This document shows, one piece after another, positions 24,201 to 36,200 of a DNA stretch of 64,000 nucleotides. The stretch is from positions 640,001 to 704,000 of the forward strand of contig CAXXWC010000021.1 in NCBI GenBank assembly GCA_963668645.2, given 5' to 3'. The DNA comes from Desulfobacterales bacterium (GTDB lineage: Bacteria > Desulfobacterota > Desulfobacteria > Desulfobacterales > UBA2174). The notes beneath the pieces were generated by a model. It saw only the letters and a program-made list of their open reading frames with translations. It was not told the origin of the DNA and ran no database searches. The position numbers and the translations under genes were made by a program. Every line of letters begins with the position of its first letter. Positions within the stretch are counted from its first letter, which is position 1.

Positions 24201-27200
24201 TGTCCCCTGCATCGCCGGTAACGGTCAGGGTATCCGTATCTGTCAGGGCGGAAATATCCGATCCGGTCAGGGTGAGACTATTGTCCCCGGTGCCGGTGAT
24301 ATCGATGATCTCGATGTTCCGGAGCAGCCCGTCGTCCAGGTTCGTCAGGTCCAGATCCTCGTCCACGAGCAGGGTATCCGTATCCGTGCCCCCGTCGATG
24401 ATGCTGTCGTTGGCATCGAAAACCAGCCGGTCGTCCCCGGCACCGCCACGTAGGATGTCGCTGCCGCCGGCCCCGTCGATGAAATCGTTTCCGGCTTCGG
24501 CCCGGATGACATCGATGCCCGCAGTTCCGATGAGGGTGTCATCATTCTCCGTACCCGTAATCACGTTGCCGACGGTGATCCCGTCCAGAACCTTCAGGGT
24601 CGCACCGTTCAGAGTGTAGACATGATAGGTTTGGCCGGCGATCACCTCGTCCACCGGTCCGGACCATGTTCCCTGCAGATTGACCGTATCCTCCTCGGTG
24701 CCGTCCACCACGAGGGTGCCGTCATCGTTGATGGCCAGGATGTCGGCCGATCCCACGATCAGGCTGTTGCCGCCGTCGCCTGTCAGGTCAATGATCTCGA
24801 TGCCGGTGAATACGCCGTCGTCTGTTTCCATGAGATCGACGACCTGGCCGTGGCCGTCCACGCGCAGGGTGTCTTCACCTTCGCCGCCGTCCACCGAGGT
24901 GTCCGCCGCATCGAAGACCAGGACATCGTCTCCGGACCCGCCCGACAGGCTGTCGGCGCCGGCCTGACCGTCGAGAATGTCGTTTCCGGCCAGACCGGAA
25001 ATAACGTCATCCCCCCGGCCGCCGGTGAGGGCGTCATCCCCGTCGGTGCCTTCAAGATGCAGGTTGGCAATCACATCCGGATGGACCAGCACCACGGCGT
25101 CCCCGTTGATGTATTTGTAGAAGATCTCGTCATCCACCGGCTGGGTGCCGGAAACGGTCCAGGTCCCTTCCAGGGTGACCCGGTCCCCGCTGTCGCCGAG
25201 GATGGTCAGCGTGTCCGAGGTGTCGGAAAGGGCCAGGACATCGGCGGTGGAAAGGATCAGTTGATTGTCGCCGCTGCCGGTGATGTCGATCCGCTCCATG
25301 CCGGTAATGAGGGCATCATCGATTGCGGTCAGGTCCAGAGACACGCCGCTGCCGTCCACGCGCAGGACATCCTTGTCTCCTGCACCGCCATCCATCAGGG
25401 AATCGTTGGGATCGAAGACCAGAATGTCGTTTCCGGCCCCGCCCTGCAGGGAATCGGCGCCGTCCCGGCCGTCGAGGATATCCGGACCGTCGAGGCCCAG
25501 GATGAGGTCCGGCCCGGAGGTTCCGGTCAGGGTGTCAGCTCCTTCGGTTCCCTCGATAATGACAAGCGCGGTGACGGCCGCCGCCACAAGCACGGTCGTA
25601 TCGCCCAGCGTGTATGGCGTGTACGTGGCCCCCCCGATGACCTGATCCTCACCCGCCTGCCATTGGCCCCTGAGATGGATTTCGTCCCCGGCATCGCCAA
25701 GCACCGTCAAGGTGCCGGAATCGCTCATGGCCGCGACGTTGTCCGAGGAAAGGGTAAGAACGTTGTTCCCGCAGCCCGTGATGTCCATGCGGTCGATACC
25801 GGTGATCGCGCCGTCGCCGATGGCGGTCAGATCAAGGGGGAGGCCGGAACCGTTGTTGAGGATCAGGGTGTCGATGCCCTCACCGGCATGGATGGAAACG
25901 ATGTCGGCCGTATCGATGAAGATCAGGTCGTTACCGTCGGAACCGGTGGCGATGACAGGGTTCCTGTCGCCATCGGTGATTTCATTTCTCACCTCGATGG
26001 TGACAACACTCTCGGCCTGGACCCCGTAGTCGTCTTTGACGATGTAGATGAGCTCGGTCGTTTGGGTCTCGTCGATATTGTCCGGCGTGAACGTCAGGCC
26101 ACTGAGCTGCTCGGCAGTGAGTTCACCCGTGGTCGTGACGGCCGTGCCGCCGGCAAGGTACAGGGTACCGTTGTCCGGAAGGGCCGTGATCTCGATGGTC
26201 AGGTTATCCCCGTCGGGATCGGTAGGAGCACTGATATCCAAGGCAATGACGGCGCTGTCGTCATCCGCCATGGACACGACCTTGTCCCCTTCGACCGTGG
26301 GTGCGTTGTTGATGGTGATATTGAGGCTTTTTGAAACACTGGCCGTATCGCCGTTTGTTTCCGTGGCTGTGGCGGTGACATTCAGATCAATGGACCGGTC
26401 CGTATCGTCCGCAAGGGTCAGTGAGAGGCCGCTCAGTTGAGCGGGCGTCAATGTCCAGGATCCGTCCCCGTTGTCGGTCCCGGCAGAGAGGCTCGCACCG
26501 TCCGGAATACCGCTAATGACCAAAGAAAGGGTTTCCGAACCGTCGATATCCGATAGGAGGGAGGATATGGTCAGATCCACAGGGGAATCGGAAGTGGCCG
26601 TCACATCGGCAACGTTCAGGGTTGGGGTATCCGCCACCGCACTCACCGATACCGAGACCACCTGAGTTGCGGTGTTGCCCGCATCGTCGGTGACCGTCAC
26701 CGTAAAGCTGTCAGTGCCGTTGTAGTCCGCATCCGGCGTGTAGTTCCAGGCACCGGTTGCCGCATCGATGCTCGCCGTGCCGTGGGCCGCGTTGTCTCCG
26801 CTTTCGATGGTAAAATAGCTGCCGTCGCTCATGCCGTCGGCATCATCCGTGGCCGTAAGCGTGCCGCTGATCAGCGTATCCTCGTTGCCCGTACCGGAAC
26901 TGTCACCGCCGATGGTGGCCGGATCATCCACCGCCGTCACGCTCACGGTCACCGTGGCCGTCTCGCTCACCCCGCCGCTGGTTACGGTGTAGGTGTAAGA
27001 ATCCTGCCCGTTGAAATCCGCATCCGGAGTGTACTTCACCGTGCCGGCCGCAGCATCCACGATCTCAACGGTGCCGTGACCGGCCTGGGTCACGCTGACG
27101 ATGGCCCGCCCGGTATCTTCGAAAGTGTCGTTAGCCAGCACGTCCGTGGTCACAGACCCGTCTTCGGCAACCTCGGCCGTGTCATCGGTGATGTCCGATA

Positions 27201-30200
27201 CCGCACTTACCGATAACGACACGATTTGGGTCTTGGTGTTGCCCGCATCGTCGGTGACCGTCACCGTAAAGCTGTCTTCGCCGTGGTAGTCCGCATCCGA
27301 CGTGTAACTCCAGGCCCCGGTGCCCTCATCTATGCTCGCCGTGCCGTGGGCCGCGTTATCCCCGCTTTCGATGGTAAAATAGCTGCCGTCGCTCATGCCG
27401 TCGGCATCATCCGTGGCCGTAAGCGTGCCGCTGATCAGCGTATCCTCGTTGCCCGTACCGGAACTGTCACCGCCGATGGTGGCCGGATCATCCACCGCCG
27501 TCACGCTCACGGTCACCGTGGCCGTCTCGCTCACCCCGCCGCTGGTTACGGTGTAGGTGTAAGAATCCTGCCCGTTGAAATCCGCATCCGGAGTGTACTT
27601 CACCGTGCCGGCCGCAGCATCCACGATCTCAACGGTGCCGTGACCGGCCTGGGTCACGCTGACGATGGCCCGCCCGGTATCTTCGAAAGTGTCGTTAGCC
27701 AGCACGTCCGTGGTCACAGACCCGTCTTCGGCAACCTCGGCCGTGTCATCGGTGATGTCCGATACCGCACTTACCGATAACGACACGATTTGGGTCTTGG
27801 TGTTGCCCGCATCGTCGGTGACCGTCACCGTAAAGCTGTCTTCGCCGTGGTAGTCCGCATCCGGCGTGTAGCTCCAGGCCCCGGTGCCCTCATCTATGCT
27901 CGCCGTGCCGTGGGCCGCGTTATCCCCGCTTTCGATGGTAAAATAGCTGCCGTCGCTCATGCCGTCGGCCGCATCCGTGGCCGTGAGCGTGCCGCTGATC
28001 AGCGTATCCTCGTTGCCCGTACCCGAACTGTCACCGCCGATGGTGGCCGGATCATCCACCGCCGTCACGCTCACGGTCACCGTGGCCGTCTCGCTCACCC
28101 CGCCGCTGGTCACGGTGTAGGTGTAAGAATCCTGCCCGTTGAAATCCGCATCCGGGGTGTACTTCACCGTACCGGCCGCAGCATCCACGATCTCAACGGT
28201 GCCGTGGCCCGCCTGGGTCACGCTGACGATGGTCCGCCCGGTATCTTCGAAAGTGTCGTTGGCCAGCACATCCGTGGTCACCGACCCGTCTTCGGCAACC
28301 TCGGCCGTGTCATCGGTGATGTCCGCCACCGCACTTACCGATAACGACACGATTTGGGTCTTGGTGTTGCCCGCATCGTCGGTGACCGTCACCGTAAAGC
28401 TGTCGGTGCCGTGGTAGTCCGCATCCGGCGTGTAGTTCCAGGCACCGGTGCCTTCATCTATGCTCGCCGTGCCGTGGGCCGCGTTGTCTCCGCTTTCGAT
28501 GGTAAAATAGCTGCCGTCGCTCATGCCGTCGGCATCATCCGTGGCCGTGAGCGTGCCGCTGATCAGCGTATCCTCGTCGCCCGTACCGGAACTGTCACCG
28601 CCGATGGTGGCCGGATCGTCCACCGCCGTCACGCTCACGGTCACCGTGGCCGTCTCGCTCACCCCGCCGCTGGTCACGGTGTAGGTGTAAGAATCCTGCC
28701 CGTTGAAATCCGCATCCGGGGTGTACTTCACCGTACCGGCCGCAGCATCCACGATCTCAACGGTGCCGTGGCCCGCCTGGGTCACGCTGACGATGGTCCG
28801 CCCGGTATCTTCGAAAGTGTCGTTGGCCAGCACATCCGTGGTCACCGACCCGTCTTCGGCAACCTCGGCCGTGTCATCGGTGATGTCCGCCACCGCACTT
28901 ACCGATAACGACACGATTTGGGTCTTGGTGTTGCCCGCATCGTCGGTGACCGTCACCGTAAAGCTGTCGGTGCCGTGGTAGTCCGCATCCGGCGTGTAAC
29001 TCCAGGCCCCGGTTGCCGCATCGATGCTCGCCGTGCCGTGGGCCGCGTTGTCTCCGCTTTCGATGGTAAAATAGCTGCCGTCGCTCATGCCGTCGGCCAC
29101 ATCCGTGGCCGTAAGCGTGCCGCTGATCAGCGTATCCTCGTTGCCCGTACCGGAACTGTCACCGCCGATGGTGGCCGGATCATCCACCGCCGTCACGCTC
29201 ACGGTCACCGTGGCCGTCTCGCTCACCCCGCCGCTGGTCACGGTGTAGGTGTAAGAATCCTGACCATTGAAATCCGCATCCGGGGTGTACTTCACCGTAC
29301 CGGCCGCAGCGTCCACGATCTCAACGGTGCCGTGACCCGCCTGGGTCACGCTGACGATGGTCCGCCCGGTATCTTCGAAAGTGTCGTTGGCCAGCACGTC
29401 CGTGGTCACAGACCCGTCTTCGGCAACCTCGGCCGTGTCATCGGTGATGTCCGCCACCGCACTTACCGATAACGACACGATTTGGGTCTTGGTGTTGCCC
29501 GCATCGTCGGTGACCGTCACCGTGAAGCTGTCGGTGCCGTGGTAGTCCGCATCCGACGTGTAACTCCAGGCCCCGGTGCCCTCATCTATGCTCGCCGTGC
29601 CGTGGGCCGCGTTGTCTCCGCTTTCGATGGTAAAATAGCTGCCGTCGCTCATGCCGTCAGCCACATCCGTGGCCGTAAGCGTGCCGCTGATCAGCGTATC
29701 CTCGTCGCCCGTACCGGAACTGTCACCGCCGATGGTAGCCGGATCATCCACCGCCGTCACGCTCACGGTCACCGTGGCCGTCTCGCTCACCCCGCCGCTG
29801 GTTACGGTGTAGGTGTAAGAATCCTCACCGTTGAAATCCGCATCCGGGGTGTACTTCACCGTACCGGCCGCAGCATCCACGATCTCAACGGTGCCGTGAC
29901 CCGCCTGGGTCACGCTGACGATGGTCCGCCCGGTATCTTCGAAAGTATCGTTGGCCAGCACATCCGTGGTCACCGACCCGTCTTCGGCAACCTCGGCCGT
30001 ATCGTTTGCGATGTCCGCTACCGGGCTCACGTTGAAGGTGATTGTGTTGGCGCTGGCATCGAGATCGACCCCTCCGTTCTCGGTTCCGCCATCGTCCTGC
30101 ACCTGAAACGTAAAGCTGGCATACCCGTTGCCGTAGGCATCGGCTGTCGGGGTAAAGACCAGTTTGGTCAGATCAGCTACGTCGATGAAGTCACCCTCAC

Positions 30201-33200
30201 CGACATCCGTTCCGTCAAGTTTGAGAGTACCGGCATCGGGCAGTGTGGTAATTTTGACTTTCAGCAGGCTGTCGGCAGGACTGTCGGTGGGGTCTGTGAA
30301 CCCAAAGTCGGCGACCGCAAAGGTATGGTTGCCGTCTTCCAAGATGGTGATGGTTTTGTCCGCACCGGCGGGGGCATCGTTGGTGCCGATCACGGTGATT
30401 GTCAAAGTCGAGCTATCGGTCGCGCCGTTGTTATCTGCGTTGGTATAGGTGATGGAAGTGGTTCTCGATTCACCCGCGGCAAGATCGTCGAAATCCGTGC
30501 CCGAGGCAAAGGTGTAGGAACCGTCCGCACCGATGGTGAATTTGCCACCGTCTGATCCGTCAACAGCCTGACCCACATTGACTGCATCGCCTTCGACTGC
30601 GGATACGGTATGGCTATCGCTCGTATCCAGGTCGGTGTCGTTGGAAAGAACATTGCCCGAGGTATCGACGTTCTCGGTTGTGGTGCCGCTATCGGCCACG
30701 GCCACCGGACCGTCATTGGTGCCGGTCACGGTGACAGTCAGGGTAGCGGTATCTGTCCCGCCGTTGTTGTCCAGATTGGTGTATTCAATGGAAGTGGTTC
30801 TCGACTCACCCGCGGCAAGATCATCGAAATCCGTACCCGGGGCAAAGGTGTAAAAACCGTCCGCATTGACAACGAATTTACCGCCGTCTGATCCGTCAAC
30901 AGCCTGACCCACATTGGCTGCATCGCCTTCGACTGCGGATACGGCATGGCTATCGCTCGTATCCAGGTCGGTGTCGTTGGAAAGAACATTGCCCGAGGTC
31001 TCGACGTTCTCGGTTGTGGTGCCGCTATCGGCCACGGCCACCGGACCGTCATTGGTGCCGGTCACGGTGACAGTCAGGGTAGCGGTATCTGTCCCGCCGT
31101 TGTTGTCCAGATTGGTGTATTCAATGGAAGTGGTTCTTGACTCACCTGCGGCAAGATCGTCAAAGTCATTGCCCGGAACAAAGGTATAGGAACCGTCCGC
31201 ACCGATGGTGAATTTACCGCCGTCTGATCCGGCAACAGCCTGACCCACATTGGCTGCATCCCCACCTACCTGGGACACCGTATGGCTATCGCTGGTATCC
31301 GGATCGGTATCGTTGGAAAGCACATTGCCCGAGGTATCGAGGTTCTCGGTTGTGGTGCCGCTATCGGCCACGGCTACCGGACCGTCGTTGGTGCCGCTCA
31401 CGCTGATGGTCAGAGTTGCAGTATCTGTCCCGCCGTTGTTGTCTGCGTTGGTGTATTCAATGGAAGTGGTTCTCGACTCACCCACGGCAAGATCGTTGAA
31501 ATCCGTGCCCGGGGCGAATGTATAGGAACCGTCCGCACCGATGGTGAATTTGCCACCGTCTGATCCGTCAACAGCCTGACCCACATTGACTGCATCGCCT
31601 TCGACTGCGGATACGGTATGGCTATCGCTCGTATCCAGGTCGGTGTCGTTGGAAAGAACATTGCCCGAGGTCTCGACGTTCTCGGTTGTGGTGCCGCTAT
31701 CGGCCACGGCCACCGGACCGTCATTGGTGCCGGTCACGGTGACAGTCAGGGTAGCGGTATCTGTCCCGCCGTTGTTGTCCAGATTGGTGTATTCAATGGA
31801 AGTGGTTCTCGATTCACCCGCGGCAAGATCGTCGAAATCCGTACCCGGGGCAAAGGTGTAAGAACCGTCCGCATTGACAACGAATTTACCGCCGGCTGAT
31901 CCGTCAACAGCCTGATCCACATTACCTGCATCCCCACCTACCTGGGACACCGTATGGGTATCGCTCGTATCCAGGTCGGTGTCGTTGGAAAGAACATTGC
32001 CCAAGGTCTCGGCGTTCTCGATTGTGGTGCCACTATCAGCCACGGCCACCGGACCGTCATTGGTGCCGGTCACGGTGACGGTCAGAGTCGCGGTATCTGT
32101 CCCGCCGTTGTTGTCCACGTTGGTATAGGTGATAGAAGTAGTTCTCGACTCACCTGCGGCAAGATCGTCGAAATCTGCGCCCGGGACAAATGTGTAAGAG
32201 CCGTCCGCACCGATGGTGAACTCACCACCGTTTGATCCGTCAACAGCCTGACCCACATTGGCTGCATCCCCGCCTACCTGGAACACCGTATGGCTATCGC
32301 TCGTATCCAGATCGGTATCGTTGGCAAGAACATTGCCCAAGGTCTCGGCGTTCTCGGTTGTGGTGCCACTATCAGCCACGGCCACCGGACCGTCATTGGT
32401 GCCGGTCACGGTGATTGTCAAAGTCGAGCTATCGGTCGCGCCGTTGTTATCTGCGTTGGTATAGGTGATGGAAGTGGTTCTCGATTCACCTGCGGCAAGA
32501 TCGTCGAAATCTGCGCCCGGGACAAATGCGTAAGAGCCGTCCGCACCGATGGTGAACTCACCACCGTTTGATCCGTCAACAGCCTGACCCACATTACCTG
32601 CATCCCCACCTACCTGGGACACCGTATGGGTATCGCTCGTATCCAGGTCGGTGTCGTTGGAAAGAACATTGCCCAAGGTCTCGGCGTTCTCGATTGTGGT
32701 GCCACTATCAGCCACGGCCACCGGACCGTCATTGGTGCCGGTCACGGTGACGGTCAGAGTCGCGGTATCTGTCCCGCCGTTGTTGTCCACGTTGGTATAG
32801 GTGATAGAAGTAGTTCTCGACTCACCTGCGGCAAGATCGTCGAAATCTGCGCCCGGGACAAATGTGTAAGAGCCGTCCGCACCGATGGTGAACTCACCAC
32901 CGTTTGATCCGTCAACAGCCTGACCCACATTGGCTGCATCCCCACCTACCTGGGACACCGTATGGCTATCGCTGGTATCCGGATCGGTATCGTTGGAAAG
33001 CACATTGCCCGAGGTATCGAGGTTCTCGGTTGTGGTGCCGCTATCAGCCACGGCCACCGGACCGTCATTGGTGCCGGTCACGGTGACGGTCAGAGTCGCG
33101 CTGTCGGTCCCGCCGTTGTCGTCCGCGTTGGTGTATTCAATGGAGGTGGTTCTCGACTCACCCGCGGCAAGATCGTCGAAATCTGTGCCCGGAGCAAATG

Positions 33201-36200
33201 TGTAAGAGCCGTCCGCATTGACAACGAATTTACCGCCGTCTGATCCGGCAACAGCCTGACCCACATTGGCTGCATCCCCACCTACCTGGGACACCGTATG
33301 GCTATCGCTCGTATCCGGATCGGTATCGTTGGAAAGCACATTGCCCGAGGTATCGAGGTTCTCGGTTGTGGTGCCGCTATCGGCCACGGCTACCGGACCG
33401 TCGTTGGTGCCGCTCACGGTGATGGTCAGAGTCGCAGTATCTGTCCCGCCGTTGTTGTCTGCGTTGGTGTATTCAATGGAAGTGGTTCTCGACTCACCCA
33501 CGGCAAGATCGTTGAAATCCGTGCCCGGGGCGAATGTATAGGAACCGTCCGCACCGATGGTGAATTTACCGCCGGCTGATCCGTCAACGGCCTGCCCCAC
33601 ATTAGCTGCAACACCATCCACTGCCGATACCGTATGGCTATCGCTCGTATCCAGATCGGTATCGTTGGAGAGCACATTGCCTGAGGTATCGACGTTCTCG
33701 GTTGTGGTGCCGCTATCAGCCACGGCTACCGGACCGTCGTTGGTGCCGCTCACGGTGATGGTCAGAGTCGCAGTATCTGTCCCGCCGTTGTTGTCTGCGT
33801 TGGTGTATTCAATGGAAGTAGTTCTCTGTTCACCCACGGCAAGATCGTTGAAATCCGTGCCCGGGGCGAATGTATAGGAACCGTCCGCACCGATGGTGAA
33901 TTTACCGCCGTCTGATCCGGCAACAGCCTGACCCACATTGGCTGCATCCCCACCTACCTGGGACACCGTATGGCTATCGCTCGTATCCGGATCGGTATCG
34001 TTGGAAAGCACATTGCCCGAGGTATCGAGGTTCTCGGTTGTGGTGCCGCTATCAGCCACGGCCACCGGACCGTCGTTGGTGCCGCTCACGGTGACGGTCA
34101 AGGTGGCAGTATCTGTCCCGCCGTTGTTGTCCGCGTTGGTATAGGTGATGGAAGTGGTTCTCTGCTCACCTGCGGCAAGATCGTCGAAGTCTGTGCCCGG
34201 AGCAAATGTGTAAGAGCCGTCCGCACCGATGGTGAATTTGCCACCGTCTGATCCGTCAACAGCCTGACCCACATTGACTGCATCGCCTTCGACTGCGGAT
34301 ACGGCATGGCTATCGCTCGTATCCAGGTCGGTGTCGTTGGAAAGAACATTGCCCGAGGTCTCGACGTTCTCGGTTGTGGTGCCGCTATCAGCCACGGCCA
34401 CCGGACCGTCATTGGTGCCGGTCACGGTGACAGTCAGGGTAGCGGTATCTGTCCCGCCGTTGTTGTCCAGATTGGTGTATTCAATGGAAGTGGTTCTCGA
34501 CTCACCCGCGGCAAGATCGTTGAAATCCGTGCCCGGGGCGAATGTATAGGAACCGTCCGCATCGATGGTGAATTTACCGCCGTCTGATCCGGCAACAGCC
34601 TGACCCACATTGGCTGCATCCCCACCTACCTGGGACACCGTATGGCTATCACTCGTATCCGGATCGGTATCGTTGGCAAAAACATTGCCTGAGGTCTCGG
34701 CGTTCTCGGTTGTGGTACCGCTATCAGCCACGGCCACCGGGCCGTCGTTGGTACCGGTCACGGTGATGGTCAGGGTAGCGGTATCTATCCCGCCGTTATT
34801 GTCCGCGTTGGTATAGGTGATGGAAGTGGTTCTCGATTCACCCGCGGCAAGATCGTCGAAATCCGTGCCCGGGGCAAAGGTGTAGGAACCGTCCGCACCG
34901 ATGGTGAATTTGCCACCATCTGATCCGTCAACAGCCTGACCCACATTGACTGCATCGCCTTCGACTGCGGATACGGTATGGCTATCGCTCGTATCCAGGT
35001 CGGTGTCGTTGGAAAGAACATTGCCCGAGGTCTCGACGTTCTCGGTTGTGGTGCCGCTATCGGCCACGGCCACCGGACCGTCATTGGTGCCGGTCACGGT
35101 GACAGTCAGGGTAGCGGTATCTGTCCCGCCGTTGTTGTCCAGATTGGTGTATTCAATGGAAGTGGTTCTCGATTCACCTGCGGCAAGATCGTCGAAATCT
35201 GCGCCCGGGACAAATGTGTAAGAGCCGTCCGCACCGATGGTGAACTCACCACCGTTTGATCCGTCAACAGCCTGACCCACATTGACTGCATCGCCTTCGA
35301 CTGCGGATACGGTATGGCTATCGCTCGTATCCAGGTCGGTGTCGTTGGAAAGAACATTGCCCGAGGTCTCGACGTTCTCGGTTGTGGTGCCACTATCGGC
35401 CACGGCCACCGGACCGTCATTGGTGCCGGTCACGGTGACAGTCAGGGTAGCGGTATCTGTCCCGCCGTTGTTGTCCAGATTGGTGTATTCAATGGAAGTG
35501 GTTCTCGACTCACCCGCGGCAAGATCATCGAAATCCGTACCCGGGGCAAAGGTGTAAGAACCGTCCGCATTGACAACGAATTTACCGCCGGCTGATCCGT
35601 CAACAGCCTGACCCACATTACCCGCGACACCATCGACTGCCGACACCGTATGGGTATCGCTGGCATCCAGATCGGTATCGTTGAAGAGCACATTGCCTGA
35701 GGTATCGACGTTCTCGCTCGTGGTGCCACTATCAGCCACGGCTACCGGGCCGTCGTTAGTGCCTGTCACGGTGACGGTCAGAGTCGCGTTGTCGGTCCCG
35801 CCGTTGTTGTCTGCGTTGGTATAGCTGATGGAAGTGGTTCTTGACTCACCTGCGGCAAGATCGTCGAAATCCGTACCCGGGGCAAAGGTGTAAGAACCGT
35901 CCGCATTGACAACGAATTTACCGCCGTCTGATCCGTCAACAGCCTGACCCACATTACCTGCATCCCCACCTACCTGGGACACCGTATGGGTATCGCTCGT
36001 ATCCAGGTCGGTGTCGTTGGAAAGAACATTGCCTGAGGTCTCGGCGTTCTCGGTTGTGGTGCCGCTATCAGCCACGGCTACCGGACCGTCGTTGGTGCCG
36101 CTCACGGTGATGGTCAGAGTCGCAGTATCTGTCCCGCCGTTGTTGTCTGCGTTGGTGTATTCAATGGAAGTGGTTCTCGACTCACCCACGGCAAGATCGT

